Shown here: positions 17,617 through 28,475 of the stretch, piece after piece
Position numbering within the stretch: position 1 is the stretch's first letter
Layout: each line of letters starts with the position of its first letter
DNA from: an uncultured Nitrososphaerota archaeon
GTDB lineage: Archaea > Thermoproteota > Nitrososphaeria > Conexivisphaerales > DTJL01
DNA length: 60,132 bases
Direction of reading: 5' to 3'
NCBI GenBank assembly: GCA_963842885.1
Contig: CAWJIE010000008.1
Coordinates: 1 to 60,132 of the forward strand
Position numbers and translations under genes: made by a program
Notes under the pieces: model-generated
What the model saw: only the letters and a program-made list of their open reading frames with translations
The model's database searches: none
What the model was told of the DNA's origin: nothing

Positions 17617-18629
17617 ATGCCACAGGTAATCGAATGGCCGACTCCGGGTGAGAACGACATCGTCTGGAGGTACCCCATCGAGGACATCACCTGGGGTGCC
17701 CAGCTGGTGGTAAAGGAGTTCGAAGCGGCGGTCTTCCTGAGGGACGGAAAGGCGTACGACGTCTTCAACGCAGGCAGGCACACGCTTACGACCCAGAACC
17801 TCCCCCTCCTGACGAAGCATACTCACGAAGATCTCGGGGTTCAACCAGACCCCCTTCAAGGCGACGGTCATCTACGTCGGGCTGAAGCAGTTCCAGGGGC
17901 TCTTCGGGCTTCAGGCGCAGTCCTCCGAGCTGGCGCCCCTGCAGACTCGAGGAAGGTACTACCTTAGGGTGGCCGACCCCAACCTGTTCGTGAACGAGAT
18001 AGTCGGAGGCCAGTCGGCCTACACGACGGAACAGGTGAGCGAGTACCTGCGCGGCTTCGTCAACGAGAAGATAATCGGCGACCTGAGCCACTATGATCTG
18101 GCGACCGTCTACACGCCAGCTGGACGACACCAGCTTCAAGGTCAAGACCTCCATCGGGGACACCTTCAAGCGCGCGGGGCTGGAGCTCATCGACCTGAGG
18201 TTCGAAGCCATCGACACTCCGCCGGAGTGGAGGGACAGGATATACTACATCAAGCAGGGCGTCACTGCCGCAGAGACCCTGAGGATGCAGACAGTGAGCA
18301 AGGTGGCCGAAGACCTGGGCAAGAGCTCCGGAGGCGGAGCCGCCATCGGAGCCGGAGCCGTGATCCTCCCGCAGATGTTCGGAGCGCAGGGTGGAGTGGG
18401 CGGCATGGCCCTGGTCGTGTGCCCCAACTGCAGGAGCCAGGTCCCTGCTAACAGCAAGTTCTGCCCCAACTGCGGCTACGACTTCACTAAGACCGCGTCG
18501 CCAGCCCAGCCTCCGTCCGCGCCGCCGCCAGCTGCGACAGGGCCCGCTGACGGGGCATTCTGCACGACGTGCGGGAAGCCTCTGAAGGCCGGCTCGAAGT
18601 TCTGCGGTTCCTGCGGCGCGCCCTGCTGA
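17617..18629 (+). CDS. SPFH/Band-7 (YdjI-like) protein with C-terminal double zinc ribbon; frameshifts near 17820 and 18115
   Basis: IVWRYP..GAQLVVKEFEAAVFLRDGK..GRHTLTTQNLP; CPNC..KFCPNCG; FCTTCG..KFCGSCG. Confidence 0.85.
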
Positions 18630-18770
18630 GCGCCTCTCTTCCTCCTTTCTATTTGGCTAATTCAGGCCCAAGCCTGGAACGGGGTCATTCGGCGGCCGTC
18701 TGACCGGTCCTATCTATGGCCGGCGGCGATAAATGGTAGGAAAGGTTATTTTCACCTCCGAGAGGGTGAT

Positions 18771-19538
18771 ATGACCGTGGAGCTGAGCCAGAAGACCCTT
18801 ATCGCGCTTCAGGAGCTGGGGCTTACCGACTACGAGGTCAAGGCGTACGTGTCGCTTCTGGAATTCGGGGCGCAGACGGCCGCCGAAGTGAGCAAGCAGT
18901 CCACCGTCCCCTACTCTAAGGTCTACGACGTCCTGGGCAGGCTGGAGGCGAAGGGGTGGGTCGAAAGCGACCTGAGCAGGCCGAGCAGGTACTACCCCAA
19001 GCCGCCCAACGTGGCGCTGGAGGCATACAAGATGCAGCAGGAGAGCGTCTACGAAGGCTACGAGAAGCTGATAGCCGACGAGCTGGTCCCGATTTACGAG
19101 AAGAGAGACATCAAGGAGAGGCCCGAGGTGTGGATAGTCAAGGGAGATGTGAACATCTTCGGCAAGCTCATGGAGGCCATGGACTCCTGTCGCCAGGAGC
19201 TGATGATAGCCCTCCCCGGCGAGCTGAAGACCTTCTCCAACGGGGCGGTCTCCATAATCAACACCCTCCTGAACAGGGGAATCTCGGTCTCGGTGCTCCT
19301 CTCCGACGAGGAGACGGCCAGGGAGATCAGGACCTCCCTCCCCAGGGCGGAGATCCGCGTCAAGGACGGCATGTTCGGTGGGGGCCTGATCTGCGACGCG
19401 AAACAGGTGGTGCTCCTCCTCGGCAGAAGCGGGGAAGGGATGCCCCACATGGCCATCTGGGCAGACCATCCTGGCCTTGCGATGTTCGGCAAGAGCTACT
19501 TCGAATCTCTCTGGACCACTTCTAGGGTCTTGATATAG
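18771..19538 (+). CDS. TrmB family transcriptional regulator
   Basis: LQELGLTDYEVKAYVSLL..VPYSKVYDVLGRLEAKGWV..RPSRY wHTH plus effector domain. Confidence 0.93.
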   Translation: MTVELSQKTLIALQELGLTDYEVKAYVSLLEFGAQTAAEVSKQSTVPYSKVYDVLGRLEAKGWVESDLSRPSRYYPKPPNVALEAYKMQQESVYEGYEKLIADELVPIYEKRDIKERPEVWIVKGDVNIFGKLMEAMDSCRQELMIALPGELKTFSNGAVSIINTLLNRGISVSVLLSDEETAREIRTSLPRAEIRVKDGMFGGGLICDAKQVVLLLGRSGEGMPHMAIWADHPGLAMFGKSYFESLWTTSRVLI

Positions 19539-19556
19539 TGTACGCTGGTCGGTCCT

Positions 19557-20012
19557 TTGGACTTGAACACGTCGCAATTCGACAGCCTAGCTGAGGAGCT
19601 TGCTGGGCTTCTCTGCTGGGGCCCGCACGTCCTCAAGGCGTATGCCTTTCTTCTCTCCAAAAGCGGGGAGACCATGAGAGAGGAGTTGACCTTCGAAGTG
19701 GGCGCCTCTGAGCAGGAGGTGGGGGAGCTGCGGGGCTCCCTGGACAGGGACGGGCTCATCCTACGCGGCCGGTCGGGTTTCTATCCGGTCCATCCGAGGC
19801 TGGGGATCAACAACGTCTATCGGCTGAGCATCGCCAAGGACTCATCCGTTAGGGCAAGGCGTCAGGAGGTGGACTCGCTCACGTCCGTACTCGCCAGCTG
19901 CCGAGACAGGGTGGAGGACAGGCGCTTCGCGGAGCCGCTCCAAGGGAGGCGAGACCGACGTCTGAGACCGGCCTTCCAAACGATTAAATGCGCGGAGGTG
20001 TCTTCGATATGA
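19557..20012 (+). CDS. Divergent TrmB-like wHTH protein
   Basis: LKAYAFLL..LGSLDRDGLI-like segment and FYPVHPR echo the TrmB N-domain. Confidence 0.5.
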   Translation: MDLNTSQFDSLAEELAGLLCWGPHVLKAYAFLLSKSGETMREELTFEVGASEQEVGELRGSLDRDGLILRGRSGFYPVHPRLGINNVYRLSIAKDSSVRARRQEVDSLTSVLASCRDRVEDRRFAEPLQGRRDRRLRPAFQTIKCAEVSSI

Positions 20013-21205
20013 GGTTGTCCGAAAGCGGAAGCGCCGAAGAACAGAAGCTGGTCGCCGCCCTCAGGGACGGCCTGGTCTCCCTGTGGAAGGAGGAGTCCGA
20101 GCATCATGTGCGCCCTGACGGCGCCTACTATCCGAGCTCGATAGGGAGCTGCCTTCGCAAGCAGTACTACCTCTACACGGTCGAGGAGAAGCCGGACCCT
20201 GAGAAGCTGGCCGTCTTCGCCACGGGAAAGGGGGTCCACGTCGCCGTCGCGGAAGCGCTTCGAAAGAGCGGCATCGTGAAGGTCGACGCCGAGGAATACC
20301 CCGTCGAGCTGAGGATAAGCGAAGAGGTCCGTCTGACGGGAAGGGTGGACATCCTCCTCGTGGAGCTCGACGGCGCCAAGGTCGTCGTCGAGGTGAAGTC
20401 CACCAGTAGGATCCCTGAAACTCCCCACGAAACCCACCTCCTCCAGCTCCAGACCTACCTCCACTCGATGTCTCTCGCCAAGGGTTTCCTTCTCTACCTG
20501 GACAAGAGGACGGGCGAGACGCGGGCGTTCCGCGTTGAGAGAGACCCCCTTTCACTACATAAGATCGGGGAACGGGCCATCATCCTGCACGAACATCTGA
20601 AGTCGGGGAAGCCTCCGTTCAAGGAGGCGGTCATGGAAAACAGGTTCTGGGAGTGCGACTTCTGCGAATACTACGGCATCTGCTCTCCATTCCTCCTCGA
20701 AGGGATGGCGAAGGGCTCCACGGTGGCGGTGTTTGGCCTAGACGGCGTGGTCGTGGACGACCGGAAGAGAGTCGAGTCCGCCCTGACAGAGCTGGGGTTG
20801 TCCCTGGGCTTCAACCCTGACGACCTGAAGGGACCACTGAGGGACAGGTTCAACTCCTTCTGCTTCGAGCCATCGCGCCTTCCTCTGGACAGACCACTCC
20901 CAGCCGGAATCCAGATGGCGCTCGCGGACAAGAAGGGAGGGGCTTACGTCGTCCTGGTCTCCGAGCGGCCGTCTTCGCTGAGGGATGAGACCGAGTCCGA
21001 GCTCAGGCGATTCAAGGTCCCGTTCGACATCCTTCTGCTGGCGCCCCCCGACTACGCGAAGCCCTTCTTCTGGAAACCCGACACGATAAGGCGTCTTCAC
21101 GACGTCTACAAGGTCAAGCACTTCGTGGATACTTCCTCGTATGCTGCGACAGAAGCGGCGAAACTGGGCATACCCGTGGAGCCTCCGCCGAGTCGCCCAG
21201 CTTAA
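20009..21205 (+). CDS. Cas4-like PD-(D/E)xK nuclease fused to a degenerate HAD domain
   Basis: PSSIGSCLRKQYY, GRVD, VEVKS, QLQTY, CDFCEYYGIC; C-terminal VAVFGLDGVVVD..LVSERP..HFVD. Confidence 0.8.
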   Translation: MRLSESGSAEEQKLVAALRDGLVSLWKEESEHHVRPDGAYYPSSIGSCLRKQYYLYTVEEKPDPEKLAVFATGKGVHVAVAEALRKSGIVKVDAEEYPVELRISEEVRLTGRVDILLVELDGAKVVVEVKSTSRIPETPHETHLLQLQTYLHSMSLAKGFLLYLDKRTGETRAFRVERDPLSLHKIGERAIILHEHLKSGKPPFKEAVMENRFWECDFCEYYGICSPFLLEGMAKGSTVAVFGLDGVVVDDRKRVESALTELGLSLGFNPDDLKGPLRDRFNSFCFEPSRLPLDRPLPAGIQMALADKKGGAYVVLVSERPSSLRDETESELRRFKVPFDILLLAPPDYAKPFFWKPDTIRRLHDVYKVKHFVDTSSYAATEAAKLGIPVEPPPSRPA

Positions 21206-21230
21206 ATAAACGCGCGCTCCATCGCAGACC

Positions 21231-21968
21231 GTGCCTGAAATAGCCCTGATGGCGGGGAGCGGGCTCGAGAAGTCGTTCAAGATAAGCAGGGACATCAAGA
21301 TCAAGACGCCCTACGGTGTCGTGGCGGCATCGGAGCTGGAGATTTTCGACATCCCAATCATCTTCATGCCGCGCCACGGCCGCGAACACAGCGTTCCACC
21401 TCACATGATCAACTATCGCGCCAACATCTACGCGCTCAAGGAGGCCGGCGTGAAGAAGGTCGTCTCAACCAACGCCGTCGGCAGCCTGAGGCCAAGCATC
21501 AGGCCCGGCGAGTACATTGTCCCCGACCAACTCCTCGAATTCACCAAGGCCAGGCCTTCGACCTTCTTTGACGGGTCCGACGGTCACGTGGTTCACACGG
21601 ACGTAACCGAGACGTACTCCCCCGAAGTGAGGAAGGCCCTGATCAGGTCGTTCTCTGGCAGGGAGATGCCCCTCCACAGGAAGGGCGTCTACGTCTGCAC
21701 CGAAGGCCCCCGCTATGAGACGCCTGCGGAGATTGCCATGTTCAGGAGGCTAGGCGGCGACGTCGTCGGCATGACCGGGTATCCCGAGGCCGTGCTGGCC
21801 AAGGAGTTGGGTCTCAAGTACGCGACGATTTGCGTCGTGACCAACTACGGGGCAGGCATGCAGCAGCGGGTCGATCATTCGGAGGTGGTGCGTCTGATGG
21901 ACAAGGCCATGGAGGATGTCCGTCACTACCTCAAGGACACCGTGCGTCGGCTTTCCAAGTCCGGCTAG
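21231..21968 (+). CDS. mtnP: 5'-methylthioadenosine/methylthioinosine phosphorylase
   Basis: GSG, PRHG..H..PPH.INYRANI, TEGPRYETPAE, VGMT, VTN. Confidence 0.9.
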   Translation: MPEIALMAGSGLEKSFKISRDIKIKTPYGVVAASELEIFDIPIIFMPRHGREHSVPPHMINYRANIYALKEAGVKKVVSTNAVGSLRPSIRPGEYIVPDQLLEFTKARPSTFFDGSDGHVVHTDVTETYSPEVRKALIRSFSGREMPLHRKGVYVCTEGPRYETPAEIAMFRRLGGDVVGMTGYPEAVLAKELGLKYATICVVTNYGAGMQQRVDHSEVVRLMDKAMEDVRHYLKDTVRRLSKSG

Positions 21969-22210
21969 CTCGGGCCTCTCTAATCATGAGCGCGCCGGCA
22001 ACCACAGATCTCTCCCCCATTCATAGTCGCCTCGAAGGGGTAGCAGGATTCCGTCGTAAGACCGAGTATTCATGGCCCTAGTCGCGCCTGAAACGCCACG
22101 TCCGATATCATAATTGAATAATATGCAAGTATATACGCAGCCGCCGGCAAACATATTATAAATACTCTAATCGACTATGTTTATATTCTCGAAGAGTGAG
22201 ATTATAACTT

Positions 22211-22807
22211 ATGTCGGGACTCTCTTGGTGGGACTCACATAAGCAGTCGTTCGTGTACGAACGCATACTGAGCCTGCCTGAGGGGAAGCGCATCTTCGAG
22301 TGCATGCAGTGCGGGACCTGCGGCGGCTCCTGTCCGGTGAGTTTCGCGATGGACGTCACTCCGAGGCAGATCATCAACCTCGTGAGGGCAGGAAGGGTGG
22401 AGGAGGCTCTGCGCAGCGACACCATCTGGCTGTGCGCATCCTGCTACAACTGCACCGCCCAATGTCCCGCCGGCATCAAGATAACCGACGTCATGTACAC
22501 GCTGAAGGTGGCCTCCACCGAGCTGGGGATTTATCACAAGAACTCGATGGGCCCCATCTTCGCCAAGACGATGGTGAAGCAGCTCGAAAAGAACGGCCGC
22601 ATAGCCGAGGTTCAGCTCATACTCGGCGTCGCGGTGCACAAGCTGAGCCTTCTCACCACCTTGAACCCCATCATCTACCTGAAGCTTTTCCGGGCGGGCC
22701 GGGTGAAGCTCGTGGGCGAGAAGGTCAAGAACATGGACCAGTTGAAGAAGATGAACGGATGGCTCATAGCTAGCGACTTCTCGCTGGAGGAGAAGGACCG
22801 CGTATGA
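22211..22807 (+). CDS. hdrC: Heterodisulfide reductase subunit C
   Basis: CMQCGTCGGSCP and WLCASCYNCTAQCP. Confidence 0.92.
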   Translation: MSGLSWWDSHKQSFVYERILSLPEGKRIFECMQCGTCGGSCPVSFAMDVTPRQIINLVRAGRVEEALRSDTIWLCASCYNCTAQCPAGIKITDVMYTLKVASTELGIYHKNSMGPIFAKTMVKQLEKNGRIAEVQLILGVAVHKLSLLTTLNPIIYLKLFRAGRVKLVGEKVKNMDQLKKMNGWLIASDFSLEEKDRV

Positions 22808-23676
22808 ACAGCTACCAGTTCTTCCCTGGTTGCTCCCTCCAGGGGTTCAACACGGCATACTATCGTAGTGCCATCGCCCTCGGTGACCTCATCGGCTACA
22901 AGCTTGACGAGATCGAGGACTGGAACTGCTGCGGCGCGACGGCCTACTTCTCCATCTCTGAGGAGAGGACCTTCCTGGCCAACGCCCGCAATCTCGCCAT
23001 CGCCGAGAAGAAGTCCAACGAGCTCACCGTGGCTTGCGGAGCATGCTTTGCCTCTCTGTCCAAGGCGGCGCAGTACTACAAGGATTCGCGCAAGCTCGCC
23101 TTCCTCATGGACAACGCCCTGAAGGAGGTGGGGCTCATGTACGACGGGAAGGTGAAGGTGCGCCACCTCCTCGAAGTCGTATTCAACGAGTACTCCATGG
23201 AGGAGATGGCTCGCAAGGTCGTCAGGCCCTTAAAGGGGATCAAGATGGCGCCGTACTACGGCTGCATGATCTTCCGCCCCGTTCCCGCGCCCATCCCCCG
23301 GGACGCCCTGGAGCAGCTCATCCGGCTGTCGGGCGGCGACGCCATCGACTTCTGGGCCAAGGACCAGTGCTGCGGCGGCATGCTCGTCAACAACAGGCCA
23401 GACGTGGGCCTGCAGTTGGTGAAGGTGCTGCTTTCGGAGATCCAGCAGAAGGGCGCCCAGCTCATTATAACGACCTGCCCGCTCTGCCAGGTCAACCTCG
23501 AGCTTTACCAAGGAGCCGTCAACAAGAAGTTCGGCACGGACTTCAAGATCCCGGTCATCTACTTCACGCAGATGCTGGGCTACTCGATGGGCGCGTCTCC
23601 GAAGGAGCTCATGCTGGGCAGCGAGCTGCTGAGCAGCCTGCCCGTGCTGCGGAGTGCGGAGTTGACCAAGTCTTGA
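22804..23676 (+). CDS. hdrB: Heterodisulfide reductase subunit B
   Basis: Two CCG domains: PGC..NCCG..CGAC and YYGC..QCCG..CPLC. Confidence 0.93.
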   Translation: MNSYQFFPGCSLQGFNTAYYRSAIALGDLIGYKLDEIEDWNCCGATAYFSISEERTFLANARNLAIAEKKSNELTVACGACFASLSKAAQYYKDSRKLAFLMDNALKEVGLMYDGKVKVRHLLEVVFNEYSMEEMARKVVRPLKGIKMAPYYGCMIFRPVPAPIPRDALEQLIRLSGGDAIDFWAKDQCCGGMLVNNRPDVGLQLVKVLLSEIQQKGAQLIITTCPLCQVNLELYQGAVNKKFGTDFKIPVIYFTQMLGYSMGASPKELMLGSELLSSLPVLRSAELTKS

Positions 23677-25629
23677 GAATAGGCGTCTACATCTGCCACT
23701 GCGGCACCAACATCGCCGGCGTCGTCGACGTCGGCAAAGTCACCGAGTACGCCGCTACGCTCCCCAACGTCGCCGTGGCCCGCGACTACAAATACATGTG
23801 CAGCGAGCCGGGCCAGAACCTGATTCAGGACGACATTCGCCAGTTCAAGCTCGACGGGGTGGTGGTGGCCGCCTGCTCCCCGACCATGCACGAGCCCACG
23901 TTCCAGACCGCCGTGTCGAGGGCGGGGATGAACCCATACATGTTCCAGATGGCAAGCATCCGAGAGCACGTCTCATGGGTGACCGTCGACAGTCGTCGAG
24001 GCCACAGAGAAGGCCAAGAAGCTGGTCGAGGCCGCCGTCTTCAGGGTGAGCCTCCAGGAGCCCCTCGAGAAGAGGAGGATCCCTGTCAAGCAATCCGTCC
24101 TGGTCGTAGGCGGAGGAATAGCCGGCATCGAAGCGGCCCTCAAGTGCGCCGACGCGGGAAAGAAGGTCTACCTGGTCGAGAAGGAGCCCAGCATCGGCGG
24201 CCACATGGCAATGTTCGACAAGACCTTCCCAACGCTGGACTGCTCGCAGTGCATACTCACACCGAAGATGGTGGAGGTCGTCCGCAACGAGAACATCGAG
24301 CTGCTCGACTACTCCGAAGTCAAGGAGATCTCCGGCCACGTTGGCGACTTCAAGGTCTCGGTCGTCAGGAAGCCCAGGTACGTGGACTCGTCAAAGTGTA
24401 CGGGCTGCGCGATCTGCTCCACCAAGTGCCCTGGGAAGGCCCCCGACGAGTTCAACCTGGGCATGACCAAGAGGAAGGCCATCTACATCCCGTTCCCTCA
24501 GGCCGTACCGCTCAAGGCCGTCATAGACAGGGAGTCCTGCCTCTACTTCCAGAAGAACATCTGCAAGGTCTGCGTCAAGTTCTGCACCGCGGGTGCCGTG
24601 GACTTCGACCAGAAGCCGGAGGAGCTCGAGCTAGACGTGGGCGCCGTCATACTCGCCACAGGATTCAAGCCCTTCGACGCGAAGAGGGTCCCTGAATACG
24701 GATACGGGAAGTTCCCCAACGTCATCACCTCCCTTGAATTCGAGAGGATGACCTCCTCTTCCGGGCCCACCGGCGGCAAGCTCGTCCTCAAGGATGGCAG
24801 GGAGCCCGAAAGCGTGGCCATCATCCACTGCGTAGGGAGCAGGAACGTCAACCACAACGTCTACTGCTCTAAGATATGCTGCATGCAGAGCCTCAAGCAC
24901 GCCCATCTCCTCAAGGAGCACATCCCCGGAGTCGCCGTCTACGAATTCTTCATCGACATGAGGGCGGCAGGGAAGGGCTACGAGGAGTTCTACAAGCGCG
25001 TAATGGGCGAGGGGACGATAATGATCAGGGGAAGACCGGCGTACGTCACCGACGTCCCGTCCAAGCCCGAGGAGAAGGGGAAACTGGTCCTCGTGGCAGA
25101 GGACACGATCCTTTCATCGATCATGCGCTATCCAGTCGACATGGTGATCCTGAGCATCGGCCTCGAGGCCGGCGAAGACGCGAAGGAGCTGGCCCACGCC
25201 TTCACCTGTTCTCGGACAGGCGACGGCTTCTTCTTGGAGAAGCATCCCAAGCTGGCCCCTGTCTCGACCCCGACCGCAGGAGTGTTCATCGCCGGAGCCT
25301 GCCAGGGCCCTAAGGACATCCCCGACTCCGTCGCCCAGGCGGGCGCCGCCGCCGCCGAAGCCCTGGCCATGATGGGGAAGGGATACTTCGAACTCGAGCC
25401 GTACGTGGCCCGGGTGAACGAAGACCTGTGCTCAGGCTGCGGCATATGCCTGAACCTCTGCCCCTACAACGCACTGGAGCGCGTCGCCGAGACGGGGCTG
25501 ACGAAGGTCGTGGAGGCCCTGTGCCAGGGTTGCGGCGCCTGCGTCGCCGCCTGCCCGGCCAACGCCCTGGACCTTGACGGTTACAAGACGAAACAGGTCG
25601 CTGCGGAGCTGGAGGGGATCCTCGCTTGA
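23673..25629 (+). CDS. hdrA: Heterodisulfide reductase subunit A (frameshift near 23991)
   Basis: TTG start RIGVYICHCG, ACSP, GGGIAG, DKTFPTLDC, ferredoxin insert, HCVGSR..YCSKICC, GPKDIP, C-terminal 2x[4Fe-4S]. Confidence 0.93.
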
Positions 25630-26057
25630 GCGAGCAGCCGAAGGTCAAGATCGTGGCCCTCCTCTGCCGCTGGTGCTCCTACGCGGGGGCGGATCTCGCG
25701 GGCGTAAGCAGGACGAAGTATTCGCCAAACGTCCTCGCCATTAAGGTGCTCTGCAGCGCGAGGATGGACCCCCAACTGGTGCTGAAGGCGTTCTCCGAGG
25801 GGGCCGACGGCGTCCTCTTGGCGGGCTGCCATCCCGGGGACTGCCATTACCTGAAGGGGAATTACAAGGCCCTGAGGAGGTTCGGCCTCTTGAAGAAGTT
25901 CGTCGCCCAGATGGGGATCGAGGACGAAAGGCTGAGGCTCGAATGGATATCCGCCAGCGAAGGGAGCCGCTATGCCGAGGTCGTCAACGACATGACGTCG
26001 AAGGTGGCCCGGCTAGGTCCCTTGAACTGGATGAGGGAGATACAGATTGAAGCCTAA
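25626..26057 (+). CDS. mvhD: Methyl-viologen-reducing hydrogenase subunit D
   Basis: CRWCSY.GAD, CSAR, GCHPGDCHY, WISASEG. Confidence 0.95.
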   Translation: MSEQPKVKIVALLCRWCSYAGADLAGVSRTKYSPNVLAIKVLCSARMDPQLVLKAFSEGADGVLLAGCHPGDCHYLKGNYKALRRFGLLKKFVAQMGIEDERLRLEWISASEGSRYAEVVNDMTSKVARLGPLNWMREIQIEA

Positions 26058-27015
26058 GGTCGTCGCAAAGCCGAAGGTGGCCATAGCTCTGGGCGCCACC
26101 TGTTCCGGCTGCGACTATTCGTTGCTTGACCTGGGCGCCGGCCTCCTGGACGTGACGGACAGCGTGGAGATCGTCTATTGGCCCACCGCGATAGACTCCA
26201 AGCTCGAGGACCTCCAGGCCATCCCCGACGGAGGGGTCGACCTGATCCTGTTCGATGGTGCCGTCGTCAACGAGGACAACTTGGAGATGGCGCGCCTATG
26301 CAGGAGGAAGGCCAAGATGCTGGCGGCCTTCGGAAGCTGCGGCGCCTACGGCGGCATCCCGGGCCTCATCAACACCGGCAGCCCGAAGAAGATCCTCCTC
26401 GAGGTGTACCAGGACCTGCCGTCGCGATCCGACAAGGCCGAGCCTCTCCGCTTCGAAGGGGAGGATGCCCTTCCCAAGATGCTGGGACAGGCTTACGCGC
26501 TGGACCAGGTGGTAGACGTCGACGTCTACCTCCCCGGTTGCCCCCCTCCTCTCAAGCTAGTCGCGAACCTCTTCACCGACGTCCTGGCCGGGAAGGAGAT
26601 CCCCAAGGGGACCTACTACGCCTCGAACAGGGCCGTCTGCTACGAGTGCAAGAGGGTTAAGGAGAACAAGGACATAGTCGCCCTCCACCGTTACCATGAG
26701 ATACAGCCTGACGCGACGCGCTGCCTCCTTGAGCAGGGTATCGTATGCCTCGGTCCCGCTACGAGGGGAGGCTGCGACGCCGTGTGTTGCACACAGAACC
26801 AGCCGTGCAGGGGCTGTCTGGGGCCGCTCCCTAACTCGGTCGACAGCGGCTCGGAGATGATGTCCGCCCTCGCATCGGTCATGTCGCTCGACGACGAGAA
26901 CAAGGATGCCGACTATACTGGCATCTTCGACGGGCTCAACGATACGCTCGGCTCGTTCTACATGTTCACATTGCCTAAGAGCATACTGGGAAGGAGGAAG
27001 GTGGACCAAGGTTGA
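26047..27015 (+). CDS. mvhG: [NiFe] hydrogenase small subunit
   Basis: CSGC, GSCG..GG, PGCPP, VCYEC, CLLEQG..CLGPATRGGC..C..CRGC. Confidence 0.92.
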   Translation: MKPKVVAKPKVAIALGATCSGCDYSLLDLGAGLLDVTDSVEIVYWPTAIDSKLEDLQAIPDGGVDLILFDGAVVNEDNLEMARLCRRKAKMLAAFGSCGAYGGIPGLINTGSPKKILLEVYQDLPSRSDKAEPLRFEGEDALPKMLGQAYALDQVVDVDVYLPGCPPPLKLVANLFTDVLAGKEIPKGTYYASNRAVCYECKRVKENKDIVALHRYHEIQPDATRCLLEQGIVCLGPATRGGCDAVCCTQNQPCRGCLGPLPNSVDSGSEMMSALASVMSLDDENKDADYTGIFDGLNDTLGSFYMFTLPKSILGRRKVDQG

Positions 27016-28469
27016 AGAGGATAGTCATCAACCCGGCGACGAGGCTGGAGGGCCACGCCAAGATAGCCATAATCATGGACGACAAGGGAGAGGTGCAGGA
27101 CGCGCTCTTCCAGACGGTCGAATTCAAAGGCTTCGAGGGCTTCTGCCTGGGTCGGAACGCCGAGGAGCTTCCCGTCATCACCAGCAGGATATGTGGCGTC
27201 TGCCCCTGGGCCCACCACATGGCTTCGGTCAAGGCCACTGATGCCCTATTCAGCGCGCCTCCGCCGCCCACCGCGCTCAAGGTCAGGGAGCTGGCATACA
27301 ACGCCTTCATGGTACACGACCATTCGGCCGTCTTCTATGCGCTGGCGGCCCCCGACCTGCTCCTGGACCCGGACACGCCCAGGGCTCAGAGGAACATTCT
27401 CGAGCTCGTGAAGAGGATCGGAAGGGACACGGGCGCGAAGGTCCTCACCCTAAGGAAGGCCGCCGCGGACATCCTCACCATCGTCGGAGGGAGGGCCACG
27501 CATCCAATATTCGGCTGCCCCGGTGGCATCTCAAGAGGTCTGACGCCAGAGGACATCGCCAACATCAAGGAGAGGAGCCGCCAGCTGGTCGACCTGGCGG
27601 AGCTGACCAACAAGGTCTTCGAAGACAGCGTGGCGAGCAAGAAGGAGTTCGTGGACCTCTTCAACACCGATGCCTTCGTCAACAGGTCCTACTACGCTTC
27701 GCTGGTGGGCAGGGACGGGCGCATCAGCTTCCTCGACGGAGACGTCAGGGTGATAAGACCCGACGGCTCGACGTTCGAGGAGTTCAAGCCCGAGTCCTAC
27801 CTCGATCACTTCGAGGAGGCCTCCCTCCCCTGGACCTACATGAAGTTCCCATATCTGAAGAATGTGGGCTGGAAGGGCCTCCGTGAGGGCGAGGACAGCG
27901 GGGTCTACAGGGTGGGGCCGCTGGCACGGTTCAACGTAGCCAAAGGGTTCTCCACGCCGAAGGCACAGGGTAAGTTCGAGCTATTCAAGGAGACCCTGGG
28001 CAGCCCCGCGCACCAGACGCTGGCGTACCAATGGGCCAGGGTCATCGAGATCCTTCACGCCGCCGAAAGGGTGACCGAGCTGGCGGACGACGCAGAGCTG
28101 GGCGGAAAGGAGATCAGGTCCCCGCTGGGAAAGATCGGCGAAGGGGTGGGTGTCGTGGAGGCCCCCAGGGGGCTCTTGATCCACCACTACAAGGCCGACG
28201 AGCGCGGGGTCGTTACTTTCGTCAACCTCATCGTCCCCTCCACGCACAACAACTCCGGCATCTGCCTGTCCGTCAAGAAGGCAGCACAGCATCTCATCAA
28301 GGGGACGGAGATCCCCGAGCCAGTGTTCAACCGCGTGGAGATGCTCTACAGGGCCTATGACCCATGCCTCGCCTGCGGGACCCACAGCCTCCCGGGCTCC
28401 ATGCCTATGAAGTTCGAGCTCTATGACTCCTCGGGAAGGCTCTTGAAGGCCGAGGCCAGAGGCCTCTAG
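27012..28469 (+). CDS. mvhA: [NiFe] hydrogenase large subunit (group 3c context)
   Basis: TRLEGH, L1 RICGVC, EAPRG, L2 DPCLACGTH with C-terminal extension. Confidence 0.95.
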   Translation: MKRIVINPATRLEGHAKIAIIMDDKGEVQDALFQTVEFKGFEGFCLGRNAEELPVITSRICGVCPWAHHMASVKATDALFSAPPPPTALKVRELAYNAFMVHDHSAVFYALAAPDLLLDPDTPRAQRNILELVKRIGRDTGAKVLTLRKAAADILTIVGGRATHPIFGCPGGISRGLTPEDIANIKERSRQLVDLAELTNKVFEDSVASKKEFVDLFNTDAFVNRSYYASLVGRDGRISFLDGDVRVIRPDGSTFEEFKPESYLDHFEEASLPWTYMKFPYLKNVGWKGLREGEDSGVYRVGPLARFNVAKGFSTPKAQGKFELFKETLGSPAHQTLAYQWARVIEILHAAERVTELADDAELGGKEIRSPLGKIGEGVGVVEAPRGLLIHHYKADERGVVTFVNLIVPSTHNNSGICLSVKKAAQHLIKGTEIPEPVFNRVEMLYRAYDPCLACGTHSLPGSMPMKFELYDSSGRLLKAEARGL

Positions 28470-28475
28470 GCGGCC

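Noticed and set aside
18655-18720. Hairpin CAGGC-CCAA-GCCTG as SRP RNA or another box B copy
   Set aside because: Region is too short for SRP RNA and lacks the helix-8 motif; the other repeat parts are absent
20009-21205. CRISPR-Cas adaptation module
   Set aside because: No cas1, cas2 or array in the window
23673-28469. Selenocysteine recoding or a genuinely split hdrA
   Set aside because: Ligand positions are Cys codons, and the hdrA break is a frameshift rather than an in-frame TGA
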